From: an uncultured bacterium
GTDB taxonomy: Bacteria > Latescibacterota > UBA2968
Direction: 5' to 3'
Assembly: GCA_964471275.1 (NCBI GenBank)
Contig: CAYYGZ010000004.1
Coordinates: forward strand, 1-52,363
Length of the DNA: 52,363 bases
In this document: one piece after another, positions 1 through 8,835 of the stretch
Layout: every line of letters begins with the position of its first letter
How positions within the stretch are numbered: position 1 is the first letter of the stretch
The notes under the pieces: model-generated
The model's input: only the letters and a program-made list of their open reading frames with translations
What the model was told of the DNA's origin: nothing
The model's database searches: none
Position numbers and translations under genes: made by a program

Positions 1-108
1 AGATACAAAACACTTAACTCACTGTCTACTAAATCGGGAAGATCATACAGGGGGAATTGGGGAGATAGGTATTAGGAAGTGAGTTGTTCGGGAGCTGACG
101 GTGGATTC

Positions 109-136
109 TTGACAGGGGGAAGGCGGCTGCTATATT
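109..136 (+). promoter_or_regulatory. sigma70-type promoter for nitroreductase
   Basis: TTGACA (109-114), 16 nt, TATATT (131-136) with extended -10 TG; GGAGG SD before ATG 182. Confidence 0.75.
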
Positions 137-181
137 CGACGCGGCCATACCTAAACGAGAGCGTCACCGGAGGATATCCCG

Positions 182-751
182 ATGGATGTGTGCGAGGCGA
201 TTACGTCGCGGCGAAGTGTCTTCAAGTTCAAGCGTGAGCCTGTTCCGAACGATGTCATTGAACGCGTTTTTTTATACGGGTGCTGGGCGCAGAATCATCA
301 TCTGACGGAACCGTGGCGTTTTGTGGTTCTGGGTCCCGAGACGAAAGAGGCTCTGGCCAAGCGGTATGCCGAGATCCAGCGAGAAAAGGCGGGAGATGAT
401 GCGGGCGAGGCGGCCAGGCAGGCACTGGCAGATGCGGGATACGAGAAGTTCCACTCGAAACCGACGATCGTCGCGGTATCGTGTGTACAGGATGGGAACG
501 ATACGCAGAATCGTGAAGACTACGCAGCAGCGTGTTGTGCGATACAGAATGTTGCGCTCGCGGCGTGGGCTGTCGGCATAGGGATGCAGTGGACGACGGG
601 ACCGGTTACGCTGGAGTCGGAGACCTACAAGCTGCTTGGGATGGATGAAGAGAAGGAGTATATGGTCGGGTTTATGTATACGGGGTATCCCGAAGAGGTG
701 AGAGAAGGGGCGCGGAAGGAGTTGGGGGAGGTGCTGCGGTATACGGAGTGA
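182..751 (+). CDS. nitroreductase family protein (YdjA-like)
   Basis: AITSRRSV N-terminus, NHHLTEPWRF, AIQNVALAAWAVGIG, YTGYP motifs. Confidence 0.9.
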   Translation: MDVCEAITSRRSVFKFKREPVPNDVIERVFLYGCWAQNHHLTEPWRFVVLGPETKEALAKRYAEIQREKAGDDAGEAARQALADAGYEKFHSKPTIVAVSCVQDGNDTQNREDYAAACCAIQNVALAAWAVGIGMQWTTGPVTLESETYKLLGMDEEKEYMVGFMYTGYPEEVREGARKELGEVLRYTE

Positions 752-767
752 GGCGGAGGCAGCAGTA

Positions 768-802
768 GAATATCGAACGCCGGATGTCGAATATCGAATT
801 GA
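768..802. repeat. degenerate heptamer tandem repeat
   Basis: gaatatc-gaacgcc-ggatgtc-gaatatc-gaattga. Confidence 0.65.
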
Positions 803-858
803 GGTGGCGAGCTTAGCATCCAGAGCACGGTGTGTAGAGGGACCTAGCAGCTACAGCT

Positions 859-1030
859 GAGGCCCCATCGGGAGTGTCCGATAGGGCCTCGATTGTGTAC
901 GGGGGTTAGGCGCCCTCAATGGGCAGCTTCGAGCCCTCACCCGGTTCACGAGAGGATGTGAACCGCCCTCTTTCACACCCCTTAGCTGAAGCTTCGGTGG
1001 CGCAGGCCCGCGGGAGAGGGAAGCGGGTTC
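859..1030. repeat. cluster of hairpins/REP-like palindromes between convergent genes
   Basis: GAGGCCC-c-ATCGG/CCGAT-a-GGGCCTC (859-890), CGGTTCAC/GTGAACCG (942-965), GCTGAAGCTTCGG (984-996). Confidence 0.6.
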
Positions 1031-1090
1031 TTTGGGACAGTTGTTGGGAGACAAGCTCTTTCGTCTCTGCGCCTCCGCCCCTCTGCAGCT

Positions 1091-1990
1091 TTAAGTGTCC
1101 GACGTTCTTGCCTCAATCCCGGCCATATCTTCGATGACGGTGAGTAGACCGGAGTGGTCCAGTTCAGAGCGATCTTTGACCATCGCGGTGTTGAAGAGTT
1201 CGTGGACGACGCTGGTGACGGGTAGCGGGACGTTGTATTCGTTTCCTGTCTTCATGATGATGTTGAGATCTTTGTAATGCAGGCGGATCCGGAATCCGGG
1301 GTCGAAGTCGCCGCGGACCATTCGGTCGCCGCGGTTTTCGAGGACGCCGCAGCGGGCGAGGCCGCCACCGAGGACGTCGACGATGCGCTGGGGGTCGACA
1401 CCGGCCTTGGCGCCGAGGGTGATCGCTTCGCTGACACCGGCGATGGTGACGGCGACGAGGACCTGGTTGCAGGCTTTGACGATCTGGCCGGCACCGAGGG
1501 GGCCGCAGAGGACGCACTTGCCCATTATTTCGAAGACCGGTTTGACTTCGTTGAAGGTCGCTTCGTCACCACCGACCATTATCGACAGGGCGGCGTTCTG
1601 TGCGCCGACATCGCCGCCGCTGACGGGACCGTCGAGACAGCGGACACCTTTCTTTGCCAGTTCCTCGCCGACGGAGACGGCTACGCTGGGTGCGATGGTA
1701 CTCATATCGACGTAGATGGCACCGTCCTTGACGCCTTCGATGATCCCGCCTTCGCCCAGGGCGGCGGCTTCCACGTCAGGGGAGTCGGGGACCATTGTGA
1801 TGATGAGGTCGCTCTTCTCTGCGACTTCGGCACAGGCGTTTGCTTCTTCCGCTCCGGCAGCGACGATTTCAGCGACGGCGTCACGGTTGATGTCGTGGAC
1901 TACGAGCTCGTAGCCGGCGTTGAGGAGGTGCTTGGTCATTGGGCGGCCCATAATGCCGAGGCCGATGAAACCGATTTTGGGTTTGGACAT
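1091..1990 (-). CDS. garR: 2-hydroxy-3-oxopropionate (tartronate semialdehyde) reductase, beta-hydroxyacid dehydrogenase family
   Basis: KIGFIGLGIMG Rossmann motif, DGPVSGG, GAGQIVKACNQ, FDPGFRIRLHYKDL. Confidence 0.85.
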   Translation of the reverse strand: MSKPKIGFIGLGIMGRPMTKHLLNAGYELVVHDINRDAVAEIVAAGAEEANACAEVAEKSDLIITMVPDSPDVEAAALGEGGIIEGVKDGAIYVDMSTIAPSVAVSVGEELAKKGVRCLDGPVSGGDVGAQNAALSIMVGGDEATFNEVKPVFEIMGKCVLCGPLGAGQIVKACNQVLVAVTIAGVSEAITLGAKAGVDPQRIVDVLGGGLARCGVLENRGDRMVRGDFDPGFRIRLHYKDLNIIMKTGNEYNVPLPVTSVVHELFNTAMVKDRSELDHSGLLTVIEDMAGIEARTSDT

Positions 1991-2607
1991 TTTCTACTCC
2001 TGTTAAGATCAGGGACCCGGATACAGGGAACCACGATTGGACACGGAAAACACGGATGAGCGCGAGTCGCCACGCGTCAGGCGGGAACGGACACCGTGCT
2101 GATGATCGGAGGCGGAATTTATGATGGGTGAGGCGTCTTTACAAGTGGATTGGCATCACCTGTTTTGCGTCCAGGTACAGAAGCACAAGGGTGAGGGTCT
2201 CGCATAATGATGGAAGGCTGCCCAGGTTCCTGCCCGGGACTGTCGTACTATCTGCTCCCCTGAGCCCTCGTGCCCGTGGGCGCCGAATCACAACTCAATC
2301 ACTGGAATATCCAGGTTCAGAGTTAATATTGCCTGTGCAGGCAAATTCTATACTAAATGCCCGATATCCGGCGTTTTGAAGTGATTGGAGGCTGTGAGCT
2401 TTACGGATTTTGGGGCCAATTGCGTACACGCCCTGCTGAGATCCACAGGCGCATTGGGGGGGGCTGTCCATCAGGAATCGGGTCGAATGTGCATTGCCAG
2501 CTGAAGAATTGTAGGCAAATTGAGGATCGGCGGTCGGGTGTAGGTTGTGGGTATCCTCTGGCTCCGTGAGAATTACGTCGAGGTGTCTTGGTGTTGAGGA
2601 GAATTGA

Positions 2608-3342
2608 ATGAAGATCGCAGTACGGTATTCGGCCATCGGGAAGGATTATACCGGCGAGTTGGACGTTGCCGTAGACGAGACGGCACTTGTCCTGGTGGAT
2701 ACGTGGAACTGGCACGACCCGGAGGAAGACGAGGAACCGCCGTCATATCTGCGGAGTTCGGAAGCCTGTTTGAATGCTTGCCGAGAGGCGGGGATGACAA
2801 TCATACACGCGCCCAACAGGCCGGTGACCCACCGGTATGCGCAGCACGAGGTGATCGAGGAGGAAGCGGAGCCGTTCAAGGAGAAACGATATCTACCCGA
2901 ACATATGGCCTGGCCGCCGCGGGACAGTGATGTGCATCAGCAGGCATCGGCCCTGCGCGATGCTCACCAGATGAGCGAAGCGGAACGGCAGGCTATGTTC
3001 GACAAGCGGACCATCTCAAAATACCTGCTTCCGGAAGACGACGAGCTGGTCATCTCGACGCACAATGCGTTTCGGTATGCGCTCTGGAAACGGGGAATCA
3101 AGCTGCTCATATATATAGGGGGAGCTCTGAACGAGTGTATGCTTCACCGGGATACCAGTCTCAACTATATCGTGGGGTCAGACAGCGGGAAGTCCAACTT
3201 CACGGCGGTGGTGCTCGAGGATTGTGTGTATGCGATGCCTTCGGAGAGCCGGACTGCGGAGGAGAATGTGGTGGCGATGCTGGAGTACTACCGGCGGAAG
3301 ATTGCGTTTACGGCGCGTTCGACGGATCTAGGATTGGGGTGA
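2608..3342 (+). CDS. isochorismatase/cysteine hydrolase family protein
   Basis: TALVLVDTW (catalytic Asp), IIHAP, YIGGALNECMLHR (catalytic Cys), VLEDC; GAGGAG SD. Confidence 0.7.
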   Translation: MKIAVRYSAIGKDYTGELDVAVDETALVLVDTWNWHDPEEDEEPPSYLRSSEACLNACREAGMTIIHAPNRPVTHRYAQHEVIEEEAEPFKEKRYLPEHMAWPPRDSDVHQQASALRDAHQMSEAERQAMFDKRTISKYLLPEDDELVISTHNAFRYALWKRGIKLLIYIGGALNECMLHRDTSLNYIVGSDSGKSNFTAVVLEDCVYAMPSESRTAEENVVAMLEYYRRKIAFTARSTDLGLG

Positions 3343-3385
3343 TCCATACTGTGTTTCTAGGCTCAAACTGATCGTTGGCTTGCAC

Positions 3386-4213
3386 CTACTCGACAAAGAG
3401 TGGTGCAGACGTGTCGGGCACAATACCAGCAGCCACCGCACGCTCGATCAGGTCCCTGATCGCCGTCTCCCCATCCTCACCGTAATCGATCGAATACTCG
3501 TTCACATACAGATCAATGTGCTGCTGCATCACGGCTTCATCCATCTCCTGCGCATGCTGCCGGATGTAGGGCTTTACGACTTCCGGGCACGCATAGCCGT
3601 ACTCGACGCTCGCCTTGAGTGATGCGTCGATCCTGCGAATCAGATCGGCACCCAGGCTGCGTTTTGCGAGGATTCCGCCGAGCGGGATCGGGTGCCCCGT
3701 CGATTCTTCCCACCATTCGCCCAGATCGACCACCTTGCTGAGACCATATTCCGAATAGGTGAACCGGCTCTCGTGGATAATGACACCCGCATCCACTTCA
3801 CCCGATTCGCAAGCCGGCATGATTTTGTGAAACGGTTTAACTACGAAATCCACGAGGCCGGGACTGTGAAGTCGCAACAGCAGGGCAGCGGTCGTGAGTT
3901 CGCCCGGGATGGCAACGCGTTTGCTCGACAGATCGGAAGGGGAGAGCTCCTCTTTCGATATGACCAGGGGGCCGCATCCTCTCCCAAGCGCACCACCGGA
4001 CCGGAGAAGGCAATACGACTCCTGAAAATGCGCAAACGCGTGGAACGAGATCTTCGTCGTGTCGAGTTCAGAACCGATGGCGAGGCGGTTGAGGGTTTCG
4101 ATGTCTTCGAGTACTTCTTGAAATTCGGGTGCGCCCTCGATCTTGCCGTGAACTAGGCCGTAGAAGATGAAGGTGTCGTTGGGGCAGGGGCTGTAGCCCA
4201 GGGTCAGTGGCAT
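3386..4213 (-). CDS. mqnD: 1,4-dihydroxy-6-naphthoate synthase
   Basis: LGYSPCPNDTFIF, GALGRGCGPL, IIHESRFTY, DLGEWWE, HIDLYVN. Confidence 0.95.
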   Translation of the reverse strand: MPLTLGYSPCPNDTFIFYGLVHGKIEGAPEFQEVLEDIETLNRLAIGSELDTTKISFHAFAHFQESYCLLRSGGALGRGCGPLVISKEELSPSDLSSKRVAIPGELTTAALLLRLHSPGLVDFVVKPFHKIMPACESGEVDAGVIIHESRFTYSEYGLSKVVDLGEWWEESTGHPIPLGGILAKRSLGADLIRRIDASLKASVEYGYACPEVVKPYIRQHAQEMDEAVMQQHIDLYVNEYSIDYGEDGETAIRDLIERAVAAGIVPDTSAPLFVE

Positions 4214-4240
4214 GGTTGAGATGCTCTCAGAGATCGGGGC

Positions 4241-4268
4241 GAGTACAGAGTGCGGAGTGTAGAATTCA
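4241..4268. repeat. degenerate heptamer tandem repeat
   Basis: gagtaca-gagtgcg-gagtgta-gaattca in the mqnB-mqnD spacer. Confidence 0.6.
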
Positions 4269-4306
4269 ACGTTTGAGGCAGACCGAGCACTGGATCGGGG
4301 AAGTGA

Positions 4307-5047
4307 TCACAAGGTTCGGATGAACGCCAGCGCTGCGGACTGTGCGGCTGCGGAGGCAGCAGGAATTTTCCATTTCGAGAGATCCCGGGCGCCGACGATG
4401 TTGCTGATGCCGCGGATCTCGGCGAAGGGAACTCCGTAGAGGCAGCACACCTGAGCGGCCGCGGCGCCTTCCATGTTTTCGCACAGGGGGGCGAATCTCG
4501 TATCCAGAAGTCCTGCCTGGTCGTCCGTTCCCGTGACATTTTGCACGGTCAGAAAGGCACCAGACTCCACGCGGCAACCCAGATCGAGGGCGGCCTCTCG
4601 AGCAGCCGCTTGCGCGGATTTGCACGCTGAGTCGTCCATCGGAATCCGGTTGTAGATCGGGGGATCACCATTGATCTGCGGAATGCCGATCGTTTCGCCG
4701 TCAGACCATCCATCTGCTTCAATGACTCCGAACTCTCCGTGTATCTCTTCAGCAGCCACCGCCAGGTCGCCGATCGCGAGTTGAGATGACGGGAATGCGC
4801 CACCGATACCGATCTGAAGGACACACGATGCTCCCAGGTTCTCGATGACAACCGTCAGTGCCTGAGCCGTGTTGACGGCTCCGATACCCGTTTCGACAAG
4901 CGCGGTCTTCTTCCCCAGGATCTGGCCGAGCATAACCTGGCGTTGGGATATGACCGTAAGTTCGAGACCGCCGAGCGATTCGCGAAGCGTCTGCTGCTCA
5001 AATGCGGCCGCGGTGAGAACGACAAGCTCCAAATTCCCTGATTCCAC
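4307..5047 (-). CDS. mqnB: futalosine hydrolase
   Basis: PNP/UDP fold: TGIGAVNTA, IGIGGAF, ENMEGAA, EIRGISN..G.RD; adjacent to mqnD. Confidence 0.9.
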   Translation of the reverse strand: MESGNLELVVLTAAAFEQQTLRESLGGLELTVISQRQVMLGQILGKKTALVETGIGAVNTAQALTVVIENLGASCVLQIGIGGAFPSSQLAIGDLAVAAEEIHGEFGVIEADGWSDGETIGIPQINGDPPIYNRIPMDDSACKSAQAAAREAALDLGCRVESGAFLTVQNVTGTDDQAGLLDTRFAPLCENMEGAAAAQVCCLYGVPFAEIRGISNIVGARDLSKWKIPAASAAAQSAALAFIRTL

Positions 5048-5092
5048 TTGATCCCTTTCCCTGTATTGTCTTCCTTCTTTCGCAGCTTCTGT

Positions 5093-5644
5093 TCAGCAGC
5101 CCAGCTCTTCGGCGAGTGATTCGAGCTGCTGCAGGCCGTAGGCGAGGGGGTTGTTTCCAAGGACCGGGTCGATGCTGCCGAGCGCGGTCATATTGCCGCT
5201 GAGCCTTCGACTGCCGATACAGTTGAAGCCGATGACGTCCGCGAGTGCCGACATAGCCGCGTAGTACGCCGCCGCCGCTCCATAATGGTTGCTGTTGCGG
5301 GCGTGTTTCAGTCCGACGCCGGAGGCTTTCGCCTTCTGAATCGCAATACGGTTTGGGTGGTGTGAGACGACTTGTCCCAGACCCGAGTCGCCATCGATGT
5401 GTGCGTAAGCGGGTCCTTCCCGGACTGCCGTGATTTCGGGCTTCGGTTTGATCTCACTGTTCAGGATCTGACGGATGTATCCGACGATGCCTCGGGTTCC
5501 GTGAGAGTGGATTCCTCGGAGGTCTGCTTCGATCTGGATGTCCACGCAGATTCGCACGTCTCCGGAAGGCACACTCGCAGCTTCGAGAAGCCGAACGCAT
5601 AGACGGGTAAGGTCAGCCTGGGATATGTTTGTAGTATCAGCCAT
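5093..5644 (-). pseudogene. Ldh_2 (type 2 malate/L-lactate dehydrogenase family) oxidoreductase, internally deleted
   Basis: ADLRGIHSHG, DGDSGLGQ, NSNHYGA, LGNNPLAY, then directly a C-terminal-like LESLAEELG; 183 aa versus ~340 typical. Confidence 0.75.
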
Positions 5645-5672
5645 CGGAACGATAAGATATCACGGTGCATTG

Positions 5673-5688
5673 ACTGGTCCAAACCGGA
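5673..5688 (+). promoter_or_regulatory. candidate DasR/NagR (GntR/HutC) dre-like operator upstream of nagA
   Basis: ACTGGTCCAAACCGGA matches 12/16 of ACTGGTCTAGACCAGT; overlaps TTGACT at 5670-5675. Confidence 0.45.
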
Positions 5689-5722
5689 CGGGCAGTGGCA
5701 CGAATGATGAGGAACGAATCAG

Positions 5723-6925
5723 GTGAGTGAAGACGCGTTTACGCTGACCGGGGCGGAAGTACTGCTGCCAGGAGGGACGATCGCTCGTCGAAGTGTGCGT
5801 GTCGACGGCGCGACGATTACTTCGATTCTCCCGGCCGAGGCGGTCGTGACCGGACGATCCATCGACGCCTCCGGATTTACCCTGTCCCCTGGCTTTGTCG
5901 ACATTCACCTGAATGGGGGTGGAGGAGCGTCTTTTGAGTCGGCCGACGAAGGCGCTTTCCGTAGGGTGATCGAGACAGGTTTTCAATATGGCACGACAAG
6001 TGTCGTGGGTGCGATCAATACGGCAACGCGGGAAGGTCGTATCACGCAGCTCGAGGCATTGAGCCAGTTCAGCGGCAGGTACGCAAGCTGTCTGCTCGGC
6101 GTGCACCTGGAAGGTCCCTACTACAGTCCCGGCCAGCGAGGGGCCCACCATTCTGAGTGGATCCGTGTGCCCGATCCGGCAGAATATGGCGTCTGGTTGG
6201 ATCGATTCGGTGACCTGATCCGCGTGGTAACGCTTGCGCCCGAGCTGGTCGGTGCGATGGATCTTGTTCACACGCTTAGCGGAGCGGGTATCGTGCCCTC
6301 GATCGGTCATACGATGGCAACCGACGAGCAGGTGGATGAGGCGATCGAAGCAGGTGCGAGGCTGGTGACCCACATTTACAACGCACAATCTGTCTACACG
6401 AGAACAAACAGCAGCAAGCACCTCGGTGTCGCCGAGATGGGTCTGCTACGCGATGAGCTGACCGTCGAGATTATCCCGGACAACCGACATTTGACGCCGA
6501 GAATGCAGGAGCTTATCGTGAAGACGAAGCCGCACGACCGGGTTTGTATCACGACGGATGCTATGGAAGCGACAGGGCAGGGACCCGGAACCTACGAAGC
6601 CATGGGCGGTGTGGTGTGGGTGGATGAAGAGGTGGCCTATCGGGAGGATCGGAAGCGACACGCCGGGTCGATTCTGACGATGGATCGCGGTGTGCGGAAC
6701 ATCGTGCGTGCAGGGGCGGGTGTCGCGTCAGCACTTCGGATGGCGACGGAGGTTCCTGCGCGGACGATCGGGGCCGGTGACCGGAAGGGGATCCTTGCAG
6801 AGGGGGTGGACGCGGATCTGGTGCTGCTGAATGACAAACTGGAGGTGGTGACTACAATGTCAAGAGGCGAGGTGGTCTATGCGGCAGAAGCGTCACCAAT
6901 CCCGGGGGGCGCTCAGTCCCCCTGA
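5723..6925 (+). CDS. nagA: N-acetylglucosamine-6-phosphate deacetylase
   Basis: PGFVDIH, HLEGPY, RGAH, TLAPE, SIGHT, THIYNA, ITTDAM, AGSILTMD. Confidence 0.93.
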   Translation: MSEDAFTLTGAEVLLPGGTIARRSVRVDGATITSILPAEAVVTGRSIDASGFTLSPGFVDIHLNGGGGASFESADEGAFRRVIETGFQYGTTSVVGAINTATREGRITQLEALSQFSGRYASCLLGVHLEGPYYSPGQRGAHHSEWIRVPDPAEYGVWLDRFGDLIRVVTLAPELVGAMDLVHTLSGAGIVPSIGHTMATDEQVDEAIEAGARLVTHIYNAQSVYTRTNSSKHLGVAEMGLLRDELTVEIIPDNRHLTPRMQELIVKTKPHDRVCITTDAMEATGQGPGTYEAMGGVVWVDEEVAYREDRKRHAGSILTMDRGVRNIVRAGAGVASALRMATEVPARTIGAGDRKGILAEGVDADLVLLNDKLEVVTTMSRGEVVYAAEASPIPGGAQSP

Positions 6926-8091
6926 ATCAATTGATGCGTGTCCCGCGCGATGACCCATTCTTCGCGAGTCGGGATGACCATTGCGACAAGACCCGACTCC
7001 GTGCAGGTGATGATTCGTTCCTGTTCGGAAACAGCGCCGTTCAGCCTGTCGTCGAGCTGAATGTTCAGACCGGAAAGCCATTCGACGATTCTCTTGCGTA
7101 CGTTCTGTGCGTTCTCTCCGATTCCTCCTGTGAAGACCACGCCATCGGCCTCCGTCAGGATGCTCAGGAATCCTCCGATCGCCTTCGCGATCTGATAACA
7201 GAACACCTCAATCGCCAACTTCGCTTCCGCGTTACCCGCCGCAGCCGCGGCTTCGATCTCCCGCACATCGTTCGACACGCCCGATAGACCCAGAAGACCG
7301 CTCTCACGATTCAGGAGTGTATCAACCCTTTCCGGCGTATAACCAAGATGTTCCTGTAGGTGCAGAACGAGTGCGGGGTCGAGATCACCTGAACGGGTGC
7401 CCATCGGGATCCCGGCCAGCGGGGTCAGTCCCATGGTCGTATCAACCGATTTCCCGTCCTGAATCGCGGCTGCCGAGCTCCCGTTTCCCAGATGACAGGT
7501 CACACCCGTGAAGGTCAGCTTGCCCAGTACCCCCGCAGCTCTTTCTGCCACATATCGATGTGATGTTCCGTGGAAGCCGTATCGCCGGAGCCGGTGGTCT
7601 TTGTAGAGCGTCGTCGGTATCGCGTAGCGGTAGGCGTGTTCCGGGAGGGTCTGGTGGAACGCGGTGTCGAAGACCGCAACCTGGGGCTGATCGGCGAATT
7701 CGTTGCGGGCTGCCCGGATCCCTTCGACGTGGGTCAGGTTGTGCAGAGGGGCGAGTGCGGCAAGTTCCGCGATCCCGTTCTCGACTTCATCATCAATGCA
7801 GACCGAATCAGAGTAGGTTTCGCCGCCGTGTACGATGCGATGCCCGATGCCCTGTATGGTGTCGCCCGGTATGTCCGCCAGCACGTTGGTTGCCACCCAC
7901 TCGACGGCTTCGGTGTGGTTGATTGCGTGTAGCGGCTGCTTCGAAGCACCGTGCGGTCCTCGCCAGTGGGCATCTGCCTGGGGGGCACCGATCCGCTCAA
8001 CGGAACCGGTCGAGATGACCTCTCCCTCCGGCATCTCGAACAGGGCAAACTTGAGCGATGAACTGCCGCAGTTGAGTACGAGAATTCGCAT
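6913..8091 (-). CDS. ackA: acetate kinase
   Basis: ILVLNCGSSSLKF, GHRIVHGG, APLHN, FDTAFH, YGFHGTSH, HLGNG, GTRSGD, FTGGIGEN. Confidence 0.97.
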   Translation of the reverse strand: MRILVLNCGSSSLKFALFEMPEGEVISTGSVERIGAPQADAHWRGPHGASKQPLHAINHTEAVEWVATNVLADIPGDTIQGIGHRIVHGGETYSDSVCIDDEVENGIAELAALAPLHNLTHVEGIRAARNEFADQPQVAVFDTAFHQTLPEHAYRYAIPTTLYKDHRLRRYGFHGTSHRYVAERAAGVLGKLTFTGVTCHLGNGSSAAAIQDGKSVDTTMGLTPLAGIPMGTRSGDLDPALVLHLQEHLGYTPERVDTLLNRESGLLGLSGVSNDVREIEAAAAAGNAEAKLAIEVFCYQIAKAIGGFLSILTEADGVVFTGGIGENAQNVRKRIVEWLSGLNIQLDDRLNGAVSEQERIITCTESGLVAMVIPTREEWVIARDTHQLIQGD

Positions 8092-8100
8092 GATTCGTGG

Positions 8101-8835
8101 TCAGGGCAGTAGAAGCGAGGCGGCAGCCGTGTCGAGCAGGAAGGTGCAGTCCGGATGCGTCTGCAGAAAACTCGCAGGGCAGTCCGGGGACACAGGTCCG
8201 GCGATCGCCTCCGCGACAGCCTCGGCCTTGTTGGCGCCGTAGGCGAGCAGCACGATACGGTCGGCCGACAGGATGGTGCTGATGCCGGCGGTTAGTGCGC
8301 GGCGCGGTACGTCTTCTGCACGATCGAAGAACCGGCTGTTCGCGGTGATCGTCTCCGGGGCCAGATCGACAACGCGCGTGGTTGAATCCGGGTCGCATCC
8401 GGGTTCGTTGAACGCAACGTGGCCGTTTGACCCGATACCCAGCAGCCAGTGATCGACGCCGCCTACATCCCTGATGGACTGTTCGAACCGCAGACACTCC
8501 TCGTCCAGGTCGTCGGCGTCGCCACGCGGAATGTGCGTATCGGACCGGTCAATGTCGATATGATCGAAGAGGTTCTCAGCCATGTAGGCGTGATAGCTCT
8601 GTGGGTGATCGGATGCCAAACCGGCGTATTCGTCCAGGTTGAAGGTTTCGACCTCATCGAACCTCAGTCCGTTCTGATGTCGCTGCACAAGTCCTCGATA
8701 CGTATCGAGAGGTGTAGAGCCAGTGGCAAGACCCAACACACAGTCTGGAACAGACGTGATGAGGTCGGTGATCATCCCGCACGCGGTTTCAGCAACCTGC
8801 GCAGGAGAGGCGAGTATTTGGACATTGACGTTCAC
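8101..8835 (-). CDS. nagB: glucosamine-6-phosphate deaminase
   Basis: LGLATGSTP, FNLDEY, LGIGSNGHVAFNEPG, CPASFLQTH. Confidence 0.95.
   Translation of the reverse strand: MNVNVQILASPAQVAETACGMITDLITSVPDCVLGLATGSTPLDTYRGLVQRHQNGLRFDEVETFNLDEYAGLASDHPQSYHAYMAENLFDHIDIDRSDTHIPRGDADDLDEECLRFEQSIRDVGGVDHWLLGIGSNGHVAFNEPGCDPDSTTRVVDLAPETITANSRFFDRAEDVPRRALTAGISTILSADRIVLLAYGANKAEAVAEAIAGPVSPDCPASFLQTHPDCTFLLDTAAASLLLP

Noticed and set aside
16..85. AACTCACT/AGTGAGTT inverted repeat at the window start
   Set aside because: Only 8 bp, and context is cut off by the window edge.
1277..2059. Long antisense/alternate-frame ORFs here and over trpS, rpsA, rph and accC
   Set aside because: Expected in high-GC DNA opposite well-supported genes; no motifs or RBS.
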